From assembly GCA_965261345.1 (NCBI GenBank), contig OZ253449.1:992001-1056000 (forward strand): a stretch of 64,000 bases of DNA, read 5' to 3'. Made by a program: the position numbers and the translations under genes. Every line of letters starts with the position of its first letter. Position 1 is the first letter of the stretch. Positions 20,780-30,086 of this stretch are shown in pieces. The notes under the pieces were generated by a model, which searched no databases, was not told the origin of the DNA, and worked only from the letters and a program-made list of their open reading frames with translations. Origin of the DNA: Chloroflexota bacterium (lineage in GTDB: Bacteria > Chloroflexota > UBA11872 > VXNJ01).

Positions 20780-21310
20780 ATGGAGAACCCACGAATGCCA
20801 TCTGTCAACATTCGTCCGGGCAGCGCGGGCGGTGCGCTTGGGTTGAGCGCTTTTGCGCTCGTGGTCGCGCTGATCGCGCTGGTGGTCTCCATCCTCGCTC
20901 TCACGCAACCGCCTCAGCCTGTGGATGCCAGTTCTGGGTCGGCCGAATACGCAAAGGTTTTCATCGACCGGGCGATTGGGTACTACGATGCCAACGGGCG
21001 CGATGCCACTATCGACTACTACAACTCCCTAGATAGCGTCAATGGCCAGTGGTACGTTTTCATCATTGACGAAAACGACATTATGATCGCCCACCCCTTG
21101 CGCAAGGACCGCATTGGCACCACTAAAGCCGACCGAATAGATTCAACCGGGTACGACTATGGCACCGAAATGGCTGCCACCACCGATGAAGGTCAGTGGG
21201 TCAGCTACAACTTCAAAAATCCGGCCACCGGTATCGACGGCCTAAAACACACATGGCTCAAACGCCATGGCGGTTTGCTTTTCGGGTCAGGCTGGTGGGA
21301 GAGCGGCTAA
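20780..21310 (+). CDS. Membrane-anchored single Cache domain protein
   Basis: N-terminal TM helix, AIGYYDANGR, WYVFIID...AHP, GQWVSY.F.NPATG..K.TW, FGSGW. Confidence 0.8.
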   Translation: MENPRMPSVNIRPGSAGGALGLSAFALVVALIALVVSILALTQPPQPVDASSGSAEYAKVFIDRAIGYYDANGRDATIDYYNSLDSVNGQWYVFIIDENDIMIAHPLRKDRIGTTKADRIDSTGYDYGTEMAATTDEGQWVSYNFKNPATGIDGLKHTWLKRHGGLLFGSGWWESG

Positions 21311-21550
21311 ACACCCTCGGCCCCTAAATACCGGAGCTCCGCGCAGTTTTGGTGGCCCAATCTGCAAATGCAGTCATCTGCCCGAACGCCGTGGGTTCTC
21401 TGGGTGCTGCGGCCTGCATTTGAAGGTTCCAAGGACTTTTGTCATATCGATTCGAGTTCGGGCCGGTACCGCGTTCCCAATCCGGGCGCATGCTCGCCGG
21501 CTGGCTTGCAACACGCCAGGCCGACGGCACCCGTCCATGGACCGCGAGTC

Positions 21551-21958
21551 TTATTTGCTCGCGAACTGCCACCAGTGGCAACCGGTTACGCCCACCACGA
21601 TCGGCAACAGGGTATCTACGAATACCCAGACGAGGCCGTCGGGCTCGGTGTTCGGTGATAGGTTTGAGAACCAGTTGTAAAAGAACGTCAAAAACAGGAT
21701 TGCCGAAGCGTAGAAGAGCAAATTTGCACTCCAGTACTTCGTGGCCGCAGTCGAGTCGGCGTCAAATTGCCGGATCGCCAAGTAATTGGACGCGATGGTA
21801 ATCACCAAGGCCACCGCCATGAACCAGTTGAGGACTTCCCAAACCGCAAATGGTTCGTCGCCGCCTGGGTGGTACAAAGGGGTGGCAATGAAATTGATGG
21901 CGACCACGGCCGCCACAACTACCAGATATATCGCTATCAGCCTGCTAACAATTGCCAC
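21551..21958 (-). CDS. Hypothetical 4-TM membrane protein
   Basis: Four hydrophobic helices; AAGGGG RBS before an inferred GTG. Confidence 0.7.
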   Translation of the reverse strand: MAIVSRLIAIYLVVVAAVVAINFIATPLYHPGGDEPFAVWEVLNWFMAVALVITIASNYLAIRQFDADSTAATKYWSANLLFYASAILFLTFFYNWFSNLSPNTEPDGLVWVFVDTLLPIVVGVTGCHWWQFASK

Positions 21959-22342
21959 TTCTAACCCCTTATCCCCAAGGCGAACTACCAAACGGTGACG
22001 AAGAATGCAGCGATGTACGGATGCCGCATCGACCATGTATTCGGCAATGATAATCCGCATCCAGTGCAAGGCCTGCAGGCCGGCTGGATTCGCTCGAGAC
22101 GACTTGTATCTTGAACCTAAACTCGCTGCGGCAGATTACGCCCTCAAACAATGCCTGTTAAAAATCCGCCCATCGATTTCTGATCCAAAATTCGACCCGG
22201 TCGCCGGTTCGGCCCAGTTTTCGACCAGGATCCGCCGATCAAATTTGTCAACTCAACATCCCGACTCGGCAAGTTTCCTACCTGAACTCGAAATTCCCGT
22301 CGCGAAGTCGGTCATCGATCGGGCAGCCCGATCAATTCGATC

Positions 22343-23083
22343 GTGAACCGGAGGCAGGCGTTCTCGCGGCGCCCTGGGGCAACCCCAAAATGGGCACGCC
22401 CGCGATCGGTGGTGGTGAATATTTCGATTCTGCTGGCCTTGGCCTTCGGTTCCTGTGCGCCCACTCTCTCCGAGGTTGACGTGGCGGTGAAGGTGGACTC
22501 GGAGAAAACTGCAGCGCCGGTCGCGGTGGCAGAGCCATCCGGTCCACCAGCGTCGGCCGGGCCTGCGACCGCCGATTCAATTGACCCTGAAGTTGCATCA
22601 TCCATCAACATCAACCAGGATGTTGCCGATCGCTCGCTAATTCAACTAATCGATCCACTGGACGAACCAGAGTTCTACTGCGTTGACGTGCCCGGATTCG
22701 GCTCGAACCTGCATCTGGGTGCGGCCCTAATGGCGCACACCTGCAAACCCGGGGCTGACGATGAAATATTTGCGGTCAACCAGCCACACGCCGGCAACCT
22801 GTATATGCCCGCCTATGACCGCTGCCTCCAGGCCGATTCGACGCATGATCCCGTCAACATCTACCTTAGGGCCTGCTCCGGCGATTCACTTCAACGCTTT
22901 ACCCTCACCCCTGCCGGGGCGATTCGATTGACTGTCCACGATCTTTGCCTAGCGCTTTCGCCCGGTGACGGAGAGCCTACCGGCGGCCCCAGCCACCTGC
23001 GTCGCGGGCTGGCTCTGCAGCATTGTGGAGAAGCTGACCCCTCCCTAGCGCGTTGGAAATTTCCCGGTCCGGAGCCCAATTGA
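22343..23083 (+). CDS. Putative lipoprotein with ricin-B (beta-trefoil) lectin-like domain
   Basis: Lipobox-like LAFGSC, Pro/Ala linker, repeated C-L/V-D/Q...C...Q-x-F/W subdomains; start uncertain. Confidence 0.7.
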   Translation: MNRRQAFSRRPGATPKWARPRSVVVNISILLALAFGSCAPTLSEVDVAVKVDSEKTAAPVAVAEPSGPPASAGPATADSIDPEVASSININQDVADRSLIQLIDPLDEPEFYCVDVPGFGSNLHLGAALMAHTCKPGADDEIFAVNQPHAGNLYMPAYDRCLQADSTHDPVNIYLRACSGDSLQRFTLTPAGAIRLTVHDLCLALSPGDGEPTGGPSHLRRGLALQHCGEADPSLARWKFPGPEPN

Positions 23084-23812
23084 CTTTTCGTCGGCCGGCT
23101 CGAACTGCTCGGTCAATTTCACCGTCGATGAGAAATAGGCGAGCGGGGCTGAAAAGCTCTGCTGTATCGTGGTCGGGATTCTCAGATTAGATCTCGCTTC
23201 AAATCAACAATCGATTCCGCACGGTTAAATCGCGTCGGTCAGAAGAGTGCTCTTGGTCCATTACCTTGCGATCAGCTATCGGGATGCAATCTTTGGCAAT
23301 GATTGGGCCAAAGTTGGCGATCCAATGCCGTCCACCGAGTGCCCAGTACCGCTTTTTGGCGGAAAGGGGCCCCGGTCCGGTATCCCGCAATGGGGTCGCC
23401 GCGCCGCGGCCGTCCACCACGGTGCCAGCCCTGGTTCGTTCAATCAGCATCAGCTTGGAGGGCCAGCCGGAATAGAAAATCCCGAGCGTTGGCGCAGTGT
23501 TTTCAGCGGCGTCGCATCACCGGTTGACACTATTTTCGATCGAGGCGAATCCTCACAAACGGCCCGCTCGATGGCCATCCACCGCACGGACCGCGTGATC
23601 GTTTCATGCTCCGGAGCCGTGCCGGCCCTGCGCCGGCGGATTGGCCTCTCCGCTGTGCTGACTGGGGCCAAATTCTGGGCCAGGGGACGCCAAGAAGTCA
23701 ACCAACCCGCACCGCCATGTTTAAAGCGGCATGGAGACGGGACCATTGGCACTCGCGGTCGCAGGCGTTTGTTGAATCTGCAGTTAACGGAAGGTTGGCC
23801 AAGTGCGAAAGG

Positions 23813-25078
23813 TCAAGAATCGTTTGCAATGCTCCATAGCACGTCGGTTAGGACACGCGCGCCGGCGATCAGATGGTCAGGTTCGACCCATTCGGATTCG
23901 TTGTGGCTTATTCCGCCACGGCACGGCACAAAAATCATGCCGCTGTCGCACTGATAGTGGAGTTGTCGCGCGTCGTGACCCGCAGCGGAATAGACGTCAC
24001 ACCATCCGAGGCCCAGGCGCTCTGCAGCATCGCCGATACGCTGGCGCACCCGGGAGGGAAAGTCGAGCGAAGGGGCGCCGGCAATTTCGCGCACATCAAG
24101 TGCGCACGGCCCCTTCTCACGCGCGCAGCAGCTGGTGATGGCGTTACCAAGATCGGCGAGAACCTTATTGTCCGGATGGCGCAAATCGATGGAGAAGTAG
24201 GCTTGCTCCGGTACCACGGACGGAGCGTTGGGACTTACACGAAGCAAGCCGACGGTAAACATCACATCATCAGGTTCGGCCGTCAGGCCGGCCAGCGCGT
24301 TGATCATGCGCGCCGCCGCAAGAACCGCATCTTTGCGCACTGCGCGCGGCGTCGTACCGGCGTGAGAAGCTTCACCGGTTACGGTGACCCGGAATCGTCG
24401 ACTTCCCTGTATTCCAGATACGACCCCGATTGGCAGTCCGTCCCGTTCGAGGATCGGCCCCTGTTCGATGTGGGCCTCGATGAAGACGTGAACCGGAAAT
24501 CCGAGCGGTCCGGATGCGACTCCGGCATCGGCCGCCAGTGCGCGCGCAACCGCGTCCCGTACGACGACGCCGTTTGCGTCGGCCACGGCGAGGATATCGT
24601 CCAATGGGCGTTGGCCGGTAAAGGCCTCCGACCCCATCATGCCCGGGGAGAACCGGGAACCTTCCTCGTTCATCCAGACCACAACCTCGATCGATCGCCG
24701 CGGCCGCTCTCCGCATGCCGCCACTGCCGTGACCGCCTCGAGCGCCGCCAGCACACCGAAGGAACCGTCGAACTTGCCGCCGGTCGGTTGCGAATCGATG
24801 TGCGACCCGGAAAGCACCGGCGGGGCGCCGGCATCCCGGCCTTCCAGACGAAAGAACAGATTGGCAAGCGAGTCGTGGCGGGCTGTCAGACCCGCAGCTT
24901 TGGCCCAGGCCACGAGCGTTGCGCGTGCTGCGATTTCCTCGTCCGAGAATGCCTGGCGGTTTACACCGCCCGCCGGTGTCGCACCATACTCGGCCAGCTT
25001 CAGGTGGCGATCCCATAGGCGCTGTGGGTCGACGTGACGCGAAGGCAGATCCGCCGAACGGAAACCCGCCTGGATCAT
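23813..25078 (-). CDS. M20 Zn-dependent amidohydrolase (allantoate amidohydrolase/N-carbamoylase family)
   Basis: GSHIDSQPTGGKFDG, NEEGSRF, EAHIEQGP, SHAGTTP, AGHDA, GGISHN; ATGA overlap with the upstream gene. Confidence 0.92.
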   Translation of the reverse strand: MIQAGFRSADLPSRHVDPQRLWDRHLKLAEYGATPAGGVNRQAFSDEEIAARATLVAWAKAAGLTARHDSLANLFFRLEGRDAGAPPVLSGSHIDSQPTGGKFDGSFGVLAALEAVTAVAACGERPRRSIEVVVWMNEEGSRFSPGMMGSEAFTGQRPLDDILAVADANGVVVRDAVARALAADAGVASGPLGFPVHVFIEAHIEQGPILERDGLPIGVVSGIQGSRRFRVTVTGEASHAGTTPRAVRKDAVLAAARMINALAGLTAEPDDVMFTVGLLRVSPNAPSVVPEQAYFSIDLRHPDNKVLADLGNAITSCCAREKGPCALDVREIAGAPSLDFPSRVRQRIGDAAERLGLGWCDVYSAAGHDARQLHYQCDSGMIFVPCRGGISHNESEWVEPDHLIAGARVLTDVLWSIANDS

Positions 25079-25953
25079 GTCGTTCTCATGATTTGACCGG
25101 GATCGGCGCGCGGATCTCGGTCGCCCCAGCGACCCAACTCGATCGACGCCCAGAAATCTGCAAGCAGCTTGTTGAAGAACTCTGGCTCCTCGAGATTGAT
25201 GGTGTGACCGCATCTGGGCAAGACTGCGAGTCCGGACGCAGAAATCGTGCGTTTTAGAAAAATACCCGGCTGCAGACAGTGATCATCCTCGTCGCCACTA
25301 ATGATGAGGGTTGGAGCCGAGATCGCTTTGAGCTCGTTTTCGAGGTCGTACAGCGAAGGCCGCCGGGCCTGAACTCCGCGCATGGTGTTGGCCGCCCCTT
25401 GCTCCGAATGCCTGGCCAACCGCTCAGCGAAAATGCGCCAGCCCCGAGGATCTTTTCGCTGGAATTGCACCCGTGACGCCCCCTCAGCATAGATGGGGGC
25501 AAATTCGACCGCGCCATTTTCAAATCCGTTTGCAACCTGCTCCGAGACGTCTCGGAAGTAGTTCTCGAATGCTTTCTCGGCACCGTAGCCAGTTCCGGCC
25601 ACGGCCAGCGAGCGCACCTTTTCGGGCTGGCGCATAGCCGCATGCAAAACGGCAAAGCCACCCATGGAATGGCCAACTAGATGCGCTGAGTCGATTCCGG
25701 CTGCTTGCATGACCGCAAAGATATCGTCGGCCGCACGGGCCTGGGAGTAAGCCTTCACATCCTCGGGGACATCGGAGGGTGGATATCCGCGAGCCGCGAA
25801 GGTGATGCATCGATAGCGGCGACTAAAAGCGGCGATTTGCGGCTCCCAGCTCCAAAAGCTGCCGGCAAATTCGTGCACGAAAAGCACCGCTGCACCTTCG
25901 CCCGCAGCTTCGTAGTAAAGCTGGATTCCGTCATCAGTTTTCGCAAACGGCAT
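25075..25953 (-). CDS. Alpha/beta fold hydrolase
   Basis: FVHEFAG, ARGYPPS, GHSMGG nucleophile elbow, GDED, GHTINLEEP. Confidence 0.9.
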   Translation of the reverse strand: MPFAKTDDGIQLYYEAAGEGAAVLFVHEFAGSFWSWEPQIAAFSRRYRCITFAARGYPPSDVPEDVKAYSQARAADDIFAVMQAAGIDSAHLVGHSMGGFAVLHAAMRQPEKVRSLAVAGTGYGAEKAFENYFRDVSEQVANGFENGAVEFAPIYAEGASRVQFQRKDPRGWRIFAERLARHSEQGAANTMRGVQARRPSLYDLENELKAISAPTLIISGDEDDHCLQPGIFLKRTISASGLAVLPRCGHTINLEEPEFFNKLLADFWASIELGRWGDRDPRADPGQIMRTT

Positions 25954-25963
25954 GGTGAAGTTC

Positions 25964-26752
25964 CTAAATGATCGAATTGCGCGAGCTGATTCCGCCATCC
26001 ACCGTCACGACCGTCCCAGACGTGTAGCCGGAGCGATCCGACGCGAGGAAGACGATCAAATCAACGACCTCGCGTACGGTGGCCGGTCGTCCGAGCGGAT
26101 AGTTTTGAAGAAGCTCAGGATATCTTTCCTCGTCACCGAAAAGGTCTAAGGCACGGCGCCTGAGCAGCTTGAAGATACGGTCCGTATCGACAGGTCCCGG
26201 ATTTACACCCACAACCCGAATCCCGTCATCGATGCTCCGCCCACCGATCGCGCGGGTGAACGCCATAAGGCTTGCATTGCCGGTAGTTCCGGCGACGTAA
26301 GCAGCATCGTAGATCTGGCCCGCGTTGCCAATGTTGTTGACAATCACGCCGGCGCCACGTTCACGCATGATCGGATAGATCCTGCGGGTGAGGTTGATAT
26401 AACCGAAAACCTTCAGATCCCAGCCATCGCGCCATGCCGCATCGTCGACGGAATCCAAGCTACCGCCCGGAATACTGCCGGCGTTGTTGACCAATATGTG
26501 AACGTAGCCAACGTCAGCAACAAGTTGGTCAATTGCGCCGGTTCCAGTCAGATCGACTGGGTAAATCTCCGCGGCGATGCCAAACCTTTTGGCGAGCCTC
26601 TTTTGCACATCCTTGAGGCGCTTCTCGTTGCGCGCCACAAGATGGAGGTTGACACCTTCCTCTGCAAAGGCTTCTGCAAGCCCTTCGCCGATGCCTTGCG
26701 ACGCCCCAGTGATGAGCGCCCATTTCCCTGACAGATGAAGATCCAATATCAT
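25964..26752 (-). CDS. Short-chain dehydrogenase/reductase (atypical Y-x6-N active site)
   Basis: TGASQGIG, LVNNAG, YVAGTTGN instead of YxxxK, VNPGPVDT, VTVDGG. Confidence 0.9.
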   Translation of the reverse strand: MILDLHLSGKWALITGASQGIGEGLAEAFAEEGVNLHLVARNEKRLKDVQKRLAKRFGIAAEIYPVDLTGTGAIDQLVADVGYVHILVNNAGSIPGGSLDSVDDAAWRDGWDLKVFGYINLTRRIYPIMRERGAGVIVNNIGNAGQIYDAAYVAGTTGNASLMAFTRAIGGRSIDDGIRVVGVNPGPVDTDRIFKLLRRRALDLFGDEERYPELLQNYPLGRPATVREVVDLIVFLASDRSGYTSGTVVTVDGGISSRNSII

Positions 26753-26921
26753 CCCCTTTTCTGTTTTGCCGGTCCGGTTGTCCCTCGTTAGAACAACACG
26801 CCCGCAGCATCCTGGCTGCGGCATTGTTGAACTGCCTCATCCAGCTGGTCGCAAAAATCTGCCATCCAGCTGCTGGGAACCGTTGTGCTTACCTTTATGA
26901 ACCGCCCGCCGACGCGCGCAG
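26677..26921. repeat. 245-bp direct repeat, copy 1 (aminotransferase 3' end plus SDR 5' end)
   Basis: Identical by eye to 27264-27508 (offset 587). Confidence 0.95.
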
Positions 26922-27263
26922 CTCCGCGACGAGCTCCTGGACCGCGAGATATTCTTCACCCTCGAAGAAGCCAGGGTGATGCTGGAGCGCTTCCGGATCG
27001 ACTACAACACCGTGCGCCCGCACTCGGCGCTCGGCTACCTGGCGCCCCTGGAAGCGATCGAGGCGGCGGCGTGATGGATCAACTTCCGGTTGCAATCCGG
27101 CTGCTGCTGGCCGGCCTCATCGACGGCCCGGCGTCCGTCTTCGTGGGTGCTACGGGCGGCCGCAATATCAGCTTCGCCGCCAGCTCTCCTGCAGGAGAGC
27201 TGGCGGCACCCTCCCACAAGACAATGTCTCAAACCACCTGGTACCAAAACCGGGGACCTGCCA
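26922..27263 (+). mobile_element. IS3-family remnant (transposase 3' end and right IR)
   Basis: Encodes LRDELLDREIFFTLEEARVMLERFRIDYNTVRPHSALGYLAP; ends ...CTGGTACCAAAACCGGGGACCTGCCA with IS3-type terminal CA. Confidence 0.88.
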
Positions 27264-27508
27264 CAAGCCCTTCGCCGATGCCTTGCGACGCCCCAGTGAT
27301 GAGCGCCCATTTCCCTGACAGATGAAGATCCAATATCATCCCCTTTTCTGTTTTGCCGGTCCGGTTGTCCCTCGTTAGAACAACACGCCCGCAGCATCCT
27401 GGCTGCGGCATTGTTGAACTGCCTCATCCAGCTGGTCGCAAAAATCTGCCATCCAGCTGCTGGGAACCGTTGTGCTTACCTTTATGAACCGCCCGCCGAC
27501 GCGCGCAG
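27264..27508. repeat. 245-bp direct repeat, copy 2; contains the IS-truncated SDR 5' fragment (27339-27264)
   Basis: MILDLHLSGKWALITGASQGIGEGL runs directly into the IS end. Confidence 0.95.
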
Positions 27509-28553
27509 TGTGATAACTCCCTTGACGAATTAGTATGTTGCGTTCAAGGTAGTACTCACAGAGACGTTCGGGCACGACCGATGCTCCGCTAACGTCGATG
27601 GCAACGAAGTTCCCGTTCGACGGATAAACGACGACTTCAAGGCCCGGAATGGCATCGGTCGCGGCCTTGATGGATGCCTGGTTGACAAGCTGGGCCTGCT
27701 GAACAGCGGGGAACCACTCCGACTTGTGATCCAACCCCGCAAGGGCGGCGCGTTGCGCCAACACCGATGTTCCCAAATTGTTGGGCGGAGCCGCCGCCAG
27801 CTGTCCGATCAGCTTTGGCGCTGCCACCAGAGCGCCAAGCCTCAGACCCGCTATCCCAAGCCATTTTGAAAAACTGTAAGTGGTTATCGTGCCCTCGGGG
27901 TAATACGGCGCGGCGAGCGTATGTTCCCGAGCAAAATGGCAATATGTGCAGTCGTGGATCAGCGTTATGCCGGCCGCGCGAGCCAATCTGGCAATCTCGA
28001 CAATTTCCGCGTGAGTCTGTACCGAACCGAGCGGATTGCTCGGATCAACTAGATATAGCAGTCTGGTCCGAGATGTGATCGCCTCGCGGAGTTGATCGGG
28101 ACGAAGCCGAAAGCCGGCAGCTTTGTCATAGATGGGGAGCTCTATGACCCGGGCGCCACCACTGGTCGCAAACCGCCGCGGCCACAACCAGCCCGGATCG
28201 GACACAAGGATCTCCTCGCCCGGCCCGATGAGGGTTCGGCAGGCATGGTAGAGGCCTTCAATTGCACCGTCGGTGACCAAAACCGAAAAAGTCGCATCCA
28301 GGCCAAGATCGCGCAAGATTGCCCGGCGCAACGCCTCAAAGCCGAGTGGCGGGGCGTATACATGGATTTCGCCGGAATCGATACTCTCGATCATGGCCGC
28401 GCGAACAGCCGGATGAGGCCTGGCATGGTTGGTGTTTTGCCCAAGCCACTTCAATCCATTCCGTGCGAACAATCCATCGAAATGAAGATTGCGCTGCTCG
28501 ATCAGGGTGTCTTCCGACGAATTTGGTTTGGACACGCCAACCGATCGATTCAT
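27375..28553 (-). CDS. PLP-dependent aminotransferase class I/II
   Basis: DPSNPLG, HDCTY, SFSKWLGIAGLRLG. Confidence 0.9.
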   Translation of the reverse strand: MNRSVGVSKPNSSEDTLIEQRNLHFDGLFARNGLKWLGQNTNHARPHPAVRAAMIESIDSGEIHVYAPPLGFEALRRAILRDLGLDATFSVLVTDGAIEGLYHACRTLIGPGEEILVSDPGWLWPRRFATSGGARVIELPIYDKAAGFRLRPDQLREAITSRTRLLYLVDPSNPLGSVQTHAEIVEIARLARAAGITLIHDCTYCHFAREHTLAAPYYPEGTITTYSFSKWLGIAGLRLGALVAAPKLIGQLAAAPPNNLGTSVLAQRAALAGLDHKSEWFPAVQQAQLVNQASIKAATDAIPGLEVVVYPSNGNFVAIDVSGASVVPERLCEYYLERNILIRQGSYHTARVGGRFIKVSTTVPSSWMADFCDQLDEAVQQCRSQDAAGVLF

Positions 28554-28560
28554 CTAGTTC

Positions 28561-28610
28561 GCATACAAAATACGAGATCTTGTATGCAATATTGTATTAA
28601 TTGCATGCTT
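28561..28610. promoter_or_regulatory. Divergent promoter with putative GntR operators
   Basis: AT-rich; GCATACAA...TTGTATGC inverted repeat and TTGTATGCAA / TTGCATGC palindromes between the operon and its regulator. Confidence 0.55.
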
Positions 28611-28671
28611 AGATCAAGATTGTTGTGCCCCGTGCAGACGATATGCAGGGTAAATGATTTGTGATTTGTCA

Positions 28672-29397
28672 ATGAGTAATCTGATTCGCGTCGATGACGA
28701 GTTTCCGGCCGAGAGTTCGCCAATTGATGGGCGAGGGGGCATTCAGCGGGCCGCAACTCTTGCACATCAATTACGCAACGAGCTCGAATCGGACATTCTG
28801 GAAGGACGGCTCAAACCCGGTACCCGCCTGGACGAAGCCGGTTTGTCCCGACGCTTTCAGGTTTCGCGCACCCCGGTCCGCGAAGCCCTCAAGGAGTTGG
28901 CCTCATCCGGGCTGATCAAAAATCGGCCAAGGCAGGGAGCCATCGTTTCCACCCTAACGGTGAGCGAGATCATAGAACTCTATGAGGTAATGGCGGAAAT
29001 CGAGGCCTTCGCCGCCCGACTCGCCGCGCGGCGAATGACCGACAAAGACAGAGAGTCGATCACGGAAGCGCACCTAGTCTGTCGCGCCGCCGCTGTGGAA
29101 GGGGACGCGGAGACGTTTTTCAGGCTCAATCAAGCTTTTCACCGGACAGTCCACCTTGCAAGCCACAATTCAATCCTTGCCAAAGAGGCCATTGCGCTCA
29201 ATCTTCGGCTGCTGCCCTATCGTCGTTTCATCACGTTTCGCCCGGGTCGCATCGCCGAATCGATCGGCGAACACGACGGCATCTTGGACGCATTGTTGCG
29301 CCGCGACGAAGAAGAAGTTTGCCGACGCATGCGCGATCACCTTCAGATCTTGGCCGACGACACCCTCATGCTCGCGAGCGTGCAACCGCAAGCGTAA
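28672..29397 (+). CDS. GntR (FadR/FCD) transcriptional regulator
   Basis: LKPGTRLDE..LSRRFQVSRTPVREAL, NQAFH, EHDGILDAL. Confidence 0.93.
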   Translation: MSNLIRVDDEFPAESSPIDGRGGIQRAATLAHQLRNELESDILEGRLKPGTRLDEAGLSRRFQVSRTPVREALKELASSGLIKNRPRQGAIVSTLTVSEIIELYEVMAEIEAFAARLAARRMTDKDRESITEAHLVCRAAAVEGDAETFFRLNQAFHRTVHLASHNSILAKEAIALNLRLLPYRRFITFRPGRIAESIGEHDGILDALLRRDEEEVCRRMRDHLQILADDTLMLASVQPQA

Positions 29398-30086
29398 TGC
29401 CAACCACCGGTGAATTCGAACCAAGAGGATTGATGCGAGTCGCTTAGGTATCTCGCGTAACGAGAGCGCCGATGTGGCAGAGGAATTGCACCACCGGTGC
29501 TTTCTGGCCCATTCAAGCGGCCGTAGGATGCGGCGATGAGGCAGGATACGACGACGGTCTGCCCCGGTAGGAGCGCGACCGCGCTTAAGGCCATTGACCA
29601 ACCTCGCCGGATCAGCGAAAACAGCTCGTCGGCATTCGTTTACGCGATCGCGCAAACCGACTCGAAGCCAAAGGGGCAGGTCACCGCGGGTTCGCCAGTT
29701 CACCCCCGGACCGCTGCGCAAGATCGAGCTGTGGCACCAGAACTGCAAGCAGTAAAACGTCTCAAAACGGTCAACTTTTGGCGATTTAAGAATCGGCGCG
29801 GCGCTCCCGCAAAGGTTTGACCCGCCATCGCCGTATCCAGGGCCTCGGCTATCCCGCCTTCGCCATCATCTACTACGATTTCGACCACGCAAGTATTGGG
29901 TGCAGGAGAAAGGCCGGGCGACCGGCCATTCGCAAACCTCACTTAGCGCGCAAGGAGCCCGCGCATCAATGTCAATCTGATTGATTAAGGGCTTCCGATT
30001 GAAAAACTAGCGCGCAGGTCCAATTAATCGGTACGACGTTCACAATTGGGGAACGATTGGCCGCACATATTAGGGAATAGAGCCAA

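Noticed and set aside
23199-23450. LIERTRAG resembling a resolvase motif
   Set aside because: The flanking sequence does not match serine resolvases in the frames I checked.
29400-30086. Gene-poor stretch as ncRNA or gene
   Set aside because: No recognisable motif, repeat or credible ORF; probably decayed island flank. The same applies to 23084-23812 and 38104-38685.
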